NCBI GenBank assembly: GCA_963660905.1
Contig: CAVKZJ010000007.1
Coordinates: 8,953-72,952, forward strand
Length of the DNA stretch: 64,000 bases
Direction: 5' to 3'
Origin: a bacterium
Lineage (GTDB): Bacteria; Bacillota_I; Bacilli_A; RFN20; CAG-288
Of the stretch, positions 8,893 to 17,867 are shown piece by piece. The notes beneath the pieces are model-generated. The model was not told the DNA's origin, ran no database searches, and was given only the letters and a program-made list of their open reading frames with translations. Within the stretch, counting starts at the first letter, position 1, and each line of letters starts with the position of its first letter. Made by a program: the position numbers and the translations under genes.

Positions 8893-9258
8893 ATGAGAGT
8901 TAAACGTGGTACAGTCCGTCACGACAATCGCAAACGTATTTTAAAGAGAGCTGAAGGTTACTTCGGCGCCAGACATAAGCTCTACAAGACTGCCAAGGAA
9001 GCTGTCTTGAAGGCCGATGCCCATTCCTTCAACGGACGTAAGGAAAGAAAACAGGATTACAGAAAGCTTTGGATCAGACGTATCTCTGCCGCCTGCAAGC
9101 TCAATGATATTTCCTATTCTCAGTTCATGTATGGCATGAAATTAGCCAACATCGAACTCAACAGAAAGATGCTTTCTGAATTGGCCGCAACCAATCCTGA
9201 ACAGTTCAAGTCTCTCGTGGACACTGCCAAGGAAGCCATCAGCAAAGAAGCAAAGTAA
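8893..9258 (+). CDS. rplT: 50S ribosomal protein L20
   Basis: MRVKRGTVRHDNRKRILKRAEGYFGARHKLYKTAKEAV... is the typical L20 sequence. Confidence 0.95.
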   Translation: MRVKRGTVRHDNRKRILKRAEGYFGARHKLYKTAKEAVLKADAHSFNGRKERKQDYRKLWIRRISAACKLNDISYSQFMYGMKLANIELNRKMLSELAATNPEQFKSLVDTAKEAISKEAK

Positions 9259-9307
9259 GAAATCACTGTCAACGAATTCGGAGCATCCGAAACGTTGGCA
9301 GTTTTTC

Positions 9308-9346
9308 TTTGCAAGAAAAGACCTCCAGGAGTATGAATCCTAGAGG
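9308..9346 (-). terminator. Terminator candidate downstream of the GNAT gene (minus strand)
   Basis: cctccagga (9322-9330) pairs with tcctagagg (9338-9346), 9 bp with one mismatch. On the minus strand it is followed by tcttttctt. Confidence 0.5.
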
Positions 9347-9353
9347 CCATTGA

Positions 9354-9830
9354 TTATTTGATTATCTTCTCCATCCCTATTTTTTGAACCTTCAGTCCAA
9401 TGCTTTCATAGAATTTAACCGCATTTTTGTTATCTGCCCACACATTGAGCGTGACATTATAGCAATCAATTTCTTTGGCATAATTCAGGACAAATTGATA
9501 TAGACTGCTTCCAACATGATGTCCTCTGCTCTCCTCATCGACGCACAAATCATCGATGTATAAACTCTTTATCGGCTGTAAACAATGGCTTACAGGTGTT
9601 GAAACAATGCAAAAAGCATACCCTATGATCTCATTATCGATTTCCGCAACAAAAATCGGTTTCGTTTCATCCTTTAATATATCTTCCAATTCTTCATCGG
9701 TGTATTTTCTGGCACCTGCCACAAATAAATCCGGTCTGGCGACACTATGTACCTTTTGAACCTCAAATAATAATTTGATCAAGCCTTTTAGGTCATTTTC
9801 ATTTGCTCTTCGAATATTTAATTCATCCAT
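9354..9830 (-). CDS. GNAT-family N-acetyltransferase
   Basis: MDELNIRRANENDLKGLIKLL...IIGYAFC...LYIDDLCVDEESRGHHVGSSLY...AVKFYESIGL shows GNAT motifs A and B. The ORF extends to a GTG at 9896, but the ATG at 9830 gives the usual GNAT N-terminus. Confidence 0.8.
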   Translation of the reverse strand: MDELNIRRANENDLKGLIKLLFEVQKVHSVARPDLFVAGARKYTDEELEDILKDETKPIFVAEIDNEIIGYAFCIVSTPVSHCLQPIKSLYIDDLCVDEESRGHHVGSSLYQFVLNYAKEIDCYNVTLNVWADNKNAVKFYESIGLKVQKIGMEKIIK

Positions 9831-9992
9831 AATTGAAGTATCCCATCCTTTACTAGAAACTCTAATTAGATTTGCAACCAATTTGTCCAATGGCACTCAA
9901 TTCTATATTTTTCTTATTACGACTCCTAAAAAGATTGTCAAATCCTCACTCCATCTTCCAAGATGAGGAACAGACAGTCTTTTCTTATTCCT

Positions 9993-11171
9993 TTAGAATT
10001 CTTCTTCGTTATTTGTGATGTGTTCAACCTGAACATTCTTGATGCATTCATGAACCATTGTCTTATAATCGAATTTCTCTTCCAATTCATGAACAACATC
10101 GATATTCGGATGAGTCACCGGGTCTTTCAGGGTGAAAATCGTGCAGCAATCTTCATAAGGGCGAATCGAAATGTCATACGTTCCGATTTCTTTGGCCAAG
10201 TCGATAATTTCGGTTTTATCATATGTCGCCAATGGTCGTATGAATGGATGCTGTCCAACCTCTTCAATCACCTGCATGGAATAGAGCGTCTGGCTCGCAA
10301 CCTGACCGATCGACTCTCCGCCTGAGAGAACAAGGTCATTGTGCTTAAAGGCGATGCCATCGGCAATGCGAAGCATCATTCTTCGCATGATGGTGACACA
10401 ATAGCTCGGACCGGCGACCTCATAGATTTTTCTTTCCAGATCCGTGAATGGAACAATATACAGTTTGATGTCCGGCTGATAATCATTCAGCACATGAAGA
10501 AGGTCGTGGATTTTTTCAATGACTGCCTGCGAGGTATAGGGAGGGGCCGCAAAATGGATGCATTCCAGCTTGACGCCTCGTTTCATCATCAGATAGGCAG
10601 CGACAGGCGAATCGATTCCTCCCGAGAGAAGACAAAGCGATTTTCCAGCGATGCCAAGAGGATAGCCACCCAATCCATTCGTCTTGATGCCATAGACATA
10701 GGCGGATTCCTCACGGATATAGACATCGATGAGAAGATCCGGATGATGGACATCCACCTTGGAATCCGGGTTATTTTTCAGAATATAGCCGCCAACTTTT
10801 CTCGAGACCTCATCCGAATGGATGGGGAAGGTCTTGTCCGCTCTCTTCGTCTGAATCTTGAACGTATGTTTTCCAGAGCGCTGATAGAGGGCGCTAGCTT
10901 CCTTTTGGATTTCTTCGAGATCTTTTTCGACGCATTTCGCCAAGGCAAAAGAACCGATGCCGGAAACTTTTCTAAGTTTCTCGCTCACCTTGGAGAATTC
11001 CTCATCATGAAGAAGGATATAGATATGATCCTTCTTGACTTCGTATTCAAGGGTGGGAAAATCCTTCAGAGCATACTTGATGTTCTTTCCCAAAAGACGG
11101 ATAAAATCCATGATGTTTCTTCCTTTGGTTCCCAATTCGCCAAAGAAAACGATGATCATATCTGTTGCCAT
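9993..11171 (-). CDS. thiI: tRNA 4-thiouridine synthase (tRNA uracil 4-sulfurtransferase) ThiI
   Basis: 392 aa with a THUMP-like N-terminus and the PP-loop SGGIDSPVAAYLMMKRG. It is coupled to the upstream cysteine desulfurase gene (start and stop share base 11171). Confidence 0.9.
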   Translation of the reverse strand: MATDMIIVFFGELGTKGRNIMDFIRLLGKNIKYALKDFPTLEYEVKKDHIYILLHDEEFSKVSEKLRKVSGIGSFALAKCVEKDLEEIQKEASALYQRSGKHTFKIQTKRADKTFPIHSDEVSRKVGGYILKNNPDSKVDVHHPDLLIDVYIREESAYVYGIKTNGLGGYPLGIAGKSLCLLSGGIDSPVAAYLMMKRGVKLECIHFAAPPYTSQAVIEKIHDLLHVLNDYQPDIKLYIVPFTDLERKIYEVAGPSYCVTIMRRMMLRIADGIAFKHNDLVLSGGESIGQVASQTLYSMQVIEEVGQHPFIRPLATYDKTEIIDLAKEIGTYDISIRPYEDCCTIFTLKDPVTHPNIDVVHELEEKFDYKTMVHECIKNVQVEHITNNEEEF

Positions 11172-12307
11172 TATTTTTGCCTCACTTTGATTTCACTTAA
11201 TATCTGATTCAGTTTCTTTATGAATTCCTCGCCCTGACTGATCGGCTCATTCCCAGAGAAGGAAAGGCGGATTCCGTTCGAAGCGATATTTTCATCATAG
11301 CCTGCATTCTTCAGGACAGTGGAATAGCCCGCCTCCCTTGAAGAACACGCTGATTTCGTCGAGACATAGATTCCCGCATTCGACAATGCCTCGGCAATGA
11401 CGCTTCCCTTATGTTCCTTTAGGGCAAAGGAAAGAATGAAAGGCGTCGCCGTCAAAGGGGAAGTGATGACCACTTCTGGAATCTTTTCGAGTTCCTGCCG
11501 AAGAGACTGATTCAGAAGCGATGCATTCTTTCTTCTTTCCTTCCTGCTGGTGGAAGAGATGCGAAGTGCGCAGGCCAAGGCACAGTCGAGATTGGTCGCG
11601 CTAGTTCCGGCACGGAGATTCTCTTCCTGGCTTCCCCCAAGAATCTGAGGATCGAGTTCGACATTCTTCTTTTTCACAAGAACACCAGATCCTTTCAAGC
11701 CACCGATTTTATGTCCGGAAAACGTCATCAGGTCATAATCAAGCGGAGAGAGTTCTTCCTTGGTGACTGCCTGCGTGGCATCAACATGCAAAAGTGCCTT
11801 CGTATTTTTCACAATTTTATAAATTTCATGAATCGGAAAGATATAGCCGACTTCATTGTTCACCGCCATGATGCTCACAAGCGAGGTGTGGTCATCGATT
11901 TCCTTCTTCAACTTTTCCAGATCAAGATGTCCTTCCATGTCATAATCAAGATAGACGACATCAAATCCTTCCTTTTCGAGCTGCTGAAAGACATTCGTCA
12001 CACTCGGATGCTCCGCCTTGGTCGTGATGATTTTCTTTGCCCATCCCATATTGTGATAGGCGACCCCTTTGATGGCAAGATTGTTTCCCTCGGATGCACC
12101 GCTCGTGAAAATCACCTCCTGAGACAGAACGCCAAGATATTTGGCAATCTGTCCTCTGGCCTTCTCAAGAATATTCGAGGAAGAAAAACCCAGTCCATGA
12201 TTGGATGAGGCGTTGGCAAAATAATCATTGGAAATCTTCACATAGGTATCCAAGACTTCCTTATAGGGCTTTGTCGTCGCTGCACAGTCAAAATAAATCA
12301 TAGCCAA
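11171..12307 (-). CDS. Cysteine desulfurase (NifS/NifZ/IscS class V aminotransferase)
   Basis: 378 aa: IYFDCAATTKP..., FTSGASEGNN, SGHKIGGLKGSGVL (PLP-lysine region) and SACSS near the C-terminus. The nifZ-thiI pairing matches Bacillus. Confidence 0.9.
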   Translation of the reverse strand: MAMIYFDCAATTKPYKEVLDTYVKISNDYFANASSNHGLGFSSSNILEKARGQIAKYLGVLSQEVIFTSGASEGNNLAIKGVAYHNMGWAKKIITTKAEHPSVTNVFQQLEKEGFDVVYLDYDMEGHLDLEKLKKEIDDHTSLVSIMAVNNEVGYIFPIHEIYKIVKNTKALLHVDATQAVTKEELSPLDYDLMTFSGHKIGGLKGSGVLVKKKNVELDPQILGGSQEENLRAGTSATNLDCALACALRISSTSRKERRKNASLLNQSLRQELEKIPEVVITSPLTATPFILSFALKEHKGSVIAEALSNAGIYVSTKSACSSREAGYSTVLKNAGYDENIASNGIRLSFSGNEPISQGEEFIKKLNQILSEIKVRQK

Positions 12308-12362
12308 TACCTCCTTGGATCAAATAGACAAATCATTATATTATAAAAAGAGATGGTTTTCT

Positions 12363-12394
12363 AAAAAAATCCTTCCCCCGAGAAAGAGGAAGGA
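12363..12394 (-). terminator. Rho-independent terminator after ezrA
   Basis: On the minus strand tccttcc pairs with ggaagga, followed by ttttttt (A-run 12363-12369 on the plus strand). Confidence 0.8.
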
Positions 12395-12399
12395 GATAT

Positions 12400-14118
12400 T
12401 TATTCAGAAAAAGAACTTCCTGAGAAGGTTTTCACAACATTCAGGGCGATATACGTCGCTCTGGAGAAATCACCTTCCATGAAGGAATTCTCCGCCTGGG
12501 CGAGAAGAGGACGGGCATCCGAATAGCCTCTTCTGTAGGCATTGGCATAGACAATGGCCGCCTCAGCCTTGTTCGCTTCTTCCTTGGTGGCATCAACGCT
12601 ATGGATGAAGCCAGTGACTTCCTCCTTGAACGGGAAGAATTCACTCTTTGCCTTGGGAACGTCGATCGGCTGTCTCGTGACAATCTCATAGATATGTCTA
12701 ATCGTCTCAAAATCCTTCGTGAAAACATCCTTGATGGAATTCGTATAGGAATTGACTCCGATCTGAGCCACTGTATTCTGGGCTTTCTTCAGCTGAGTGA
12801 AGCATTCCCTAAGACCATAGAAGACCTGAGAGGAATCCTCCTTGAGCGACTTGAGATAATTCGAATAGTCATCCATGACCTGAATGACCTTGGTCATCTC
12901 ATTATCCATATCGGCGATTTTTCTTGTGATGACGACATAAGGCTGCTTTGCCGATGTATCGAGATAGGAATCCAACTCTCTTTTTAGAATGCCGATATTC
13001 TCGATATCGATCTTCAGGCTCTTGATCTGGGAAACATATTTTTCATCCAGAACGAAGGTCTTCTGATAGAGAGGAAGCTGATTCATCATTCTTGCATATC
13101 TCTTCTCGACGCTGAAGGAGGAATCGGCTAAGGAATTCTGTCTGGAGAAATAGATTTCCTTGGCTTTTCTTTCCTCTTCGAATCCGGCAAGAATGTCTGT
13201 GATCTGGGATTGAATCTGCGAGAGTTTCTCTTTGGCGTTTCGAATGTCCAAGACCATGAGCTGGGACTGGATACTGGCAATCTTCTCTCGCATCGCCTTT
13301 ACCTTCTCATCCACATGCATTTCCGAAACGATGAACCCATCCTTGATCATCTTCTGGTATTCTTCCATCAGAGAATTCAGTTTCTGAGGAATCACTGTAC
13401 TGACGGAGACTTCCAGGGAAGGAAGATCTGGCAAAACATTGTTGACTGCATCGAAGAGTTTTTCCAGGGAAGAAAGAATCTTCTTGGCTTCCTCGAAATT
13501 GGCTTCATCTGAATATTTATCGAACAAATCGAATTTTTCTTCACTGGCAGAAAAGATTTTTTCGAATGGTTTTTCAAGTGGGCTCAGTTCGATTTTATGT
13601 TCTTCATAGAAGGAATGGATATCACGATATTTCGATTTGGCAATGACTGCATTGGAATGAATATCATTGTCATCCTGAAGGATGCTTGTCAGATCCGAAT
13701 TGAAGTTGCAGACAGCGACACTGAAATCCTTGATGGCATCGGCTGTTTCTCTTTCAGCTTTCTTGTATTCCTTGTAGTTCTTTTCCTTGATCAGGTCATT
13801 GAGGGAATCCAAGGCTGTTGCGACATCCTTATCCCTTTTGTTGACGATATCATCATACTGCTTCTGTCTTTCAAGATACATGGAATTGAAGTATGAATTG
13901 TTCGCACCGAGAGTCTTGAGTCGATTGACCATGTTCTGGCAATCGGACGTCAATTGCAGATGATAGGTATCATAAGTCTTTCTCAGGTTCGAAGAAGCGG
14001 AACGGAATCTCTTCTTGTAGAAAACATAAAAGAGAAAGAAGAGACCGACCGCCGCAGCAATCGCGACGATGACAATTCCAGCAATACCCGCACCGCTAAG
14101 CAAAAAATAAGTAGGCAT
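12400..14118 (-). CDS. ezrA: Septation ring formation regulator EzrA
   Basis: N-terminal TM helix (YFLLSGAGIAGIVIVAIAAAVGLFFLFYVF), a long coiled-coil body of ~570 aa, and a C-terminal ...VYANAYRRGY... motif resembling the EzrA QNR patch. Synteny with nifZ-thiI matches B. subtilis. ATG at 14118 is preceded by GGAGA; the ORF track starts at TTG 14133. Confidence 0.75.
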   Translation of the reverse strand: MPTYFLLSGAGIAGIVIVAIAAAVGLFFLFYVFYKKRFRSASSNLRKTYDTYHLQLTSDCQNMVNRLKTLGANNSYFNSMYLERQKQYDDIVNKRDKDVATALDSLNDLIKEKNYKEYKKAERETADAIKDFSVAVCNFNSDLTSILQDDNDIHSNAVIAKSKYRDIHSFYEEHKIELSPLEKPFEKIFSASEEKFDLFDKYSDEANFEEAKKILSSLEKLFDAVNNVLPDLPSLEVSVSTVIPQKLNSLMEEYQKMIKDGFIVSEMHVDEKVKAMREKIASIQSQLMVLDIRNAKEKLSQIQSQITDILAGFEEERKAKEIYFSRQNSLADSSFSVEKRYARMMNQLPLYQKTFVLDEKYVSQIKSLKIDIENIGILKRELDSYLDTSAKQPYVVITRKIADMDNEMTKVIQVMDDYSNYLKSLKEDSSQVFYGLRECFTQLKKAQNTVAQIGVNSYTNSIKDVFTKDFETIRHIYEIVTRQPIDVPKAKSEFFPFKEEVTGFIHSVDATKEEANKAEAAIVYANAYRRGYSDARPLLAQAENSFMEGDFSRATYIALNVVKTFSGSSFSE

Positions 14119-14135
14119 TGATTTATTCTCCAAAA

Positions 14136-15149
14136 CTACTTCGTGGTTTCTCTCTTATTGAATGTGGCACGGATCTTGAATGTCTTCTGCTTGACACCAT
14201 CGGGTTCATTGAGGAGCTTGGTCAGCATACGGACAGCAATCGATCCGACTTTGAACATATCGATGGAAAAGCTCGAAACCTGCGGACGGACGATATAGGA
14301 ATATTTCGAACCGATTTCCGCAAGAACCTGGACATCCTCAGGGATTCTCAAACCGGATTCCTGGGCTGCATTGACGACAGCAGCCGCAAGAGAATCTCTC
14401 GGAGCAACGAAATATCCGCTACGATGCGTCTTGAAGAATTCCTTCATTCCGGCATAGACGATGCCATAAGAATCGTTGAACTGGATAGTCTGGATATGCT
14501 TTCCGTTGTTCTGTCCATATTCGATGAGGCCATCACGGATTTCGCCAAGCATCTTTCCCTGGTTGACGATATCGAGAATATAGACATCATCATTTCCCTG
14601 CATAAGGTGCTCTTTGACGACATCCATCACAGGTTCCTTGTATTCGATGATGATGCTTCCAAGGGCTTCGCCTTCCATATCATGTCCGACAACGATGAGC
14701 GGAATATGATAATTCTGGATGGAACGAATTTCATCGGTTCCGAGTTCATCATCATAAATGACAGCGCCATCGACATGGCTCTTGATCAAAGATTCGATCA
14801 TCTGGGCTGCATCTTCCTTGGTTCTCTTGGTGACAAAGATGGATGTGATATAGCCATAAATCTTAGCAATATCGATCATGCCATCGAGCATGTTGGAAAC
14901 ATAGGAATATCCGGTGGACGGAATCATGATGCCGATATTGGTGGATTTGGAATTGGCCAAACCCTGGGCCAATGCGCTTGGCTTGTAGCCAAGTCTCTGA
15001 ATCGCCTCATTGACCGCTTTTCTTGTTTTTTCTGTGACATTGGGATGATTGTTGATGACACGGCTGACGGTGGCCAAAGAGACACCGGCGACTTTTGCAA
15101 CTTCGTAGATCGTCACACGATCCTTGTACATTTTCTTGTTGTCTTCCAT
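14136..15149 (-). CDS. ccpA: LacI-family transcriptional regulator, probable catabolite control protein A
   Basis: HTH VTIYEVAKVAGVSLATVSRVINNHPNVTEKTRKAVNEAIQRLGYKPSALAQGL. The C-terminal VRPQVSSFSIDMFKVGSIAVRMLTKLLNE closely resembles the remembered CcpA C-terminus. ATG at 15149 is preceded by GGAGGAG. The longer 574-aa ORF upstream overlaps rubrerythrin and is rejected. Confidence 0.6.
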   Translation of the reverse strand: MEDNKKMYKDRVTIYEVAKVAGVSLATVSRVINNHPNVTEKTRKAVNEAIQRLGYKPSALAQGLANSKSTNIGIMIPSTGYSYVSNMLDGMIDIAKIYGYITSIFVTKRTKEDAAQMIESLIKSHVDGAVIYDDELGTDEIRSIQNYHIPLIVVGHDMEGEALGSIIIEYKEPVMDVVKEHLMQGNDDVYILDIVNQGKMLGEIRDGLIEYGQNNGKHIQTIQFNDSYGIVYAGMKEFFKTHRSGYFVAPRDSLAAAVVNAAQESGLRIPEDVQVLAEIGSKYSYIVRPQVSSFSIDMFKVGSIAVRMLTKLLNEPDGVKQKTFKIRATFNKRETTK

Positions 15150-15309
15150 TTCTTTCTCCTCCCCTAAGTATAAAATACTTAGTTTTTCACCTTTTGGAAC
15201 ATTATATAATGGAAGGGCTTTGAGATACAAACCCTTTATGAAAATATTTTCATGATTTTTCAATTTTCCCTTGATTCTCGGACTTTTCTCGTTTTCATTT
15301 TCAATGAAG

Positions 15310-15341
15310 CAAAGGAAAAGCCAGTGATTGCATACCACTGG
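15310..15341 (-). terminator. Rho-independent terminator after rubrerythrin
   Basis: gccagtg (15319-15325) pairs with cactggc (15335-15341). On the minus strand it is followed by ttttcctttgc. Confidence 0.8.
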
Positions 15342-15354
15342 CCACTCTCGAAGA

Positions 15355-15924
15355 CTAATTTTTCCAATCGTAGGTGATGACGTCGGCAAGGAACGAATTC
15401 TTATGTCCACAGACCGGGCAGATTTCCGGGGCATTCTTGCCGATATGGACATGTCCGCAGACCTGACATTTCCAGACAACAAGGACGCCTTCCTTGATGA
15501 CGGCCTTGTTTCCGGCAAGCTGTTCAAGAAGTCCATTGTATCTGGCTTCATGTCTGGCTTCAATCTTTCCAACCATCTCCATCTTGGCTGCGATTTCCGG
15601 GAATCCTTCTTCACGGGCAATCTTGGCCATTTCCGGATACATGATGGTCTGCTCATGGTTTTCACCGGCAGCCGCATCCTTGAGATTTTCCTCTGTCGAA
15701 GGAATCTTTCCATCATGCAGATACTTGAACCAAAGTTCGGCATGTTCATTTTCATTTCGGCTCGTTTCCATGAAGAGTTCATAGAAATCCTGTCTTCCTT
15801 CCTTCTTGGCGACAGAAGCATAGTAGGCATATTTTGTATGGGCCTGGCTCTCACCGGCAAAGGCAGCTTTGAGGTTTTCTTCCGTCTTGCTTCCTTTCAG
15901 TCTCTTAAAATCTTCTTCTTTCAT
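15355..15924 (-). CDS. rbr: Rubrerythrin
   Basis: 189 aa with ferritin-like diiron motifs (GESQAHTKY, NENEHAELW, GENHEQT, EARHEARY) and a C-terminal rubredoxin-like CQVCG...CPVCG. Confidence 0.9.
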   Translation of the reverse strand: MKEEDFKRLKGSKTEENLKAAFAGESQAHTKYAYYASVAKKEGRQDFYELFMETSRNENEHAELWFKYLHDGKIPSTEENLKDAAAGENHEQTIMYPEMAKIAREEGFPEIAAKMEMVGKIEARHEARYNGLLEQLAGNKAVIKEGVLVVWKCQVCGHVHIGKNAPEICPVCGHKNSFLADVITYDWKN

Positions 15925-16031
15925 AGGGTTACCTCCAATATGGCATTATTATAGACGATTTTATCAAGCCAATTCCATAGAAATGCTTACGCTCATACAA
16001 GCGTTTTCATTTCAGGAAAACCGCGTAGGAA

Positions 16032-16059
16032 TTGAAATTCTTTTTGGCGGTTCTATACT
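16032..16059 (+). promoter_or_regulatory. Promoter candidate for the ABC exporter pair
   Basis: TTGAAA (16032-16037), 16-nt spacer, TATACT (16054-16059). Confidence 0.45.
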
Positions 16060-16085
16060 AATACCACGGAAAGGTGATAAGAAAA

Positions 16086-17864
16086 ATGACGAACAAGAAA
16101 AAAGATAAATTCAGCTATTTCACTTACCTGAAGCCTTATCGGAAACATCTGATTTTGGCTGTCAGCACAATTCTAATCGAATGTGGACTGGAAATATCCC
16201 TGCCTTTTTTGATGAACCTGCTTCTTCAAAACGGCATGACGATGGACTTTCAGGATCAGACTAAATATACCCTTAATCTCTCCTATACCCTGATTATGGG
16301 AGGCATCATGCTCTCCTTTGCCGTTATAGCCTTCCTGCTTGGCATGATTACGGCAAGGGCTACCGCCAAGGCGGGAAGAGGACTTGGCTATGAGCTGAGA
16401 AAACAAGAGTATCAGAAGATTCAGGAATTCACATTCTCCAACCTGGATGATTTCAGAATCAATTCCTTAATCACGAGAATGACCAATGATATCCAAATCA
16501 TCTCCGATTCCTTCTGCCAGATGCTGCGTCCAGTGCTGAGAGCTCCACTCCAGCTTGTCTTCGCAGCCATCTTCGCTCTTCTCATGTCGAAAGAACTCAG
16601 CCTTGTTTTCGCTGTTGCCGTTCCTCTTCTTGGCATCGCCTTATTCTTCATCGTCATCAAGGCAAGACCTCTTTTCTATAAATTGCAGACCTCACTCGAC
16701 AGCATCAATAGAACCACCCAGGAATCCCTGATTGCCGTTCGTCTTGTCCGAGCGAATTCGAAGATGAATTACGAAGAGGAAAAATTCGCCAACGTCAATG
16801 CGACATCGAGAAAAATCGGCAATTCCGCAATGGGATTGACCTCACTCAATATGGGATTCATGCAGCTGATGACGTATGCCTGCATCATCGCGGTCTTATT
16901 CATCGGAGGACAGACAGCCATTTTGAAGGCGCAGGACGCCAAGGCCGTCAGCAATATCGCAACCTTCCTAAGCTATGTAAACCAGATGATGGCTTCCCTG
17001 AATATGCTCAGCAATGTCTTCATGATCTTCACAAGAAGTGCAGCGAGCAAGAAGAGAGTCCACGAAGTCTTCCAAGCGGAGCCAGAAATCGAGGAGAACA
17101 AGAATTCTGCTCTTCGTATCGAGAACGGATCCATCGAATTTGATCATGTTTCTTTCAAATACAAGGAAACCAGCAAGGAATATGTCATCAAGGACAATAC
17201 GTTTTCCATCGATGACGGACAGTTCATCGGCATTCTCGGCCAGACCGGTTCGAGCAAATCCACGCTGATCTATCTGATTGAACGCTTTTATGATATCAAC
17301 GAAGGAAAGATCCTTCTCTCCGGACACGATATCAAGGATTATCCTCTGAACGAAGTGAGAAAAAATATCGGAATCTCTTTCCAAAACCCGATTTTGTTCA
17401 CAGGGACAGTGAAAGAAAATCTTCTCTGGGGAAGAAAGGATGCCAGCGATGAGGAAATCATCAAGGCATGCAAAATCGCCTGTTGCTATGATTTCATCGT
17501 CAACAAGCTTCCGGAAGGATTCTCTACCCAGATTGGACAGGGTGGAAGCAATGTCAGCGGAGGACAAAGACAGCGTCTTTGCATCGCAAGAGCCCTTTTG
17601 AGAAATCCGAAGATTCTCATCCTAGATGATTCTTTCTCCGCACTGGATCGAATCACCGAGGCAGAAGTGAAAAGCAATCTCAAGAATGAACTTCCGCATA
17701 TGACGAAAATCATCATTTCCCAGAAAGTATCCACTATTCAGGACGCCGATAAAATCATCGTTTTGAATGAAGGAAAAATCAATTCCATCGGAACGAATGA
17801 AGAATTGCTCAAAAATGATTCCATCTATCAAGATATCTATCACATCCAAATGGAGGGGAAATAA
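16086..17864 (+). CDS. ABC exporter, fused permease/ATPase subunit (degenerate-site partner of a heterodimer)
   Basis: Six-TM exporter domain plus an NBD. The Walker A is atypical (GQTGSSKST), the signature is VSGGQRQR, and the Walker B LILDDS has Asp instead of the catalytic Glu. ATG at 16086 follows GGAAAGGTGA; the track start is GTG 16074. Confidence 0.85.
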   Translation: MTNKKKDKFSYFTYLKPYRKHLILAVSTILIECGLEISLPFLMNLLLQNGMTMDFQDQTKYTLNLSYTLIMGGIMLSFAVIAFLLGMITARATAKAGRGLGYELRKQEYQKIQEFTFSNLDDFRINSLITRMTNDIQIISDSFCQMLRPVLRAPLQLVFAAIFALLMSKELSLVFAVAVPLLGIALFFIVIKARPLFYKLQTSLDSINRTTQESLIAVRLVRANSKMNYEEEKFANVNATSRKIGNSAMGLTSLNMGFMQLMTYACIIAVLFIGGQTAILKAQDAKAVSNIATFLSYVNQMMASLNMLSNVFMIFTRSAASKKRVHEVFQAEPEIEENKNSALRIENGSIEFDHVSFKYKETSKEYVIKDNTFSIDDGQFIGILGQTGSSKSTLIYLIERFYDINEGKILLSGHDIKDYPLNEVRKNIGISFQNPILFTGTVKENLLWGRKDASDEEIIKACKIACCYDFIVNKLPEGFSTQIGQGGSNVSGGQRQRLCIARALLRNPKILILDDSFSALDRITEAEVKSNLKNELPHMTKIIISQKVSTIQDADKIIVLNEGKINSIGTNEELLKNDSIYQDIYHIQMEGK

Positions 17865-17867
17865 TCT

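Noticed and set aside
9831-9896. GTG start at 9896 for the GNAT gene (180-aa version)
   Set aside because: There is no SD. The extra 22 residues precede the typical GNAT N-terminus that begins at the ATG at 9830. It is kept as an alternative only.
10341-11207. 288-aa ORF antisense to thiI
   Set aside because: It is a shadow ORF on the opposite strand of a confidently identified gene, with no recognisable motifs and an odd I/D/R-rich composition.
14118-15167. 349-aa ORF antisense to the ccpA-like gene
   Set aside because: It is a shadow ORF exactly mirroring a well-supported gene, with no RBS and no domain signature.
15150-15860. N-terminal extension of the 574-aa ORF (14136..15860) that would make a giant LacI-like protein
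   Set aside because: The extension overlaps the rubrerythrin gene on the same strand in another frame and crosses the rubrerythrin terminator. It has an R/S/P/M-rich composition atypical of real proteins. A GGAGG-ATG start at 15149 gives a normal 337-aa LacI-family protein.
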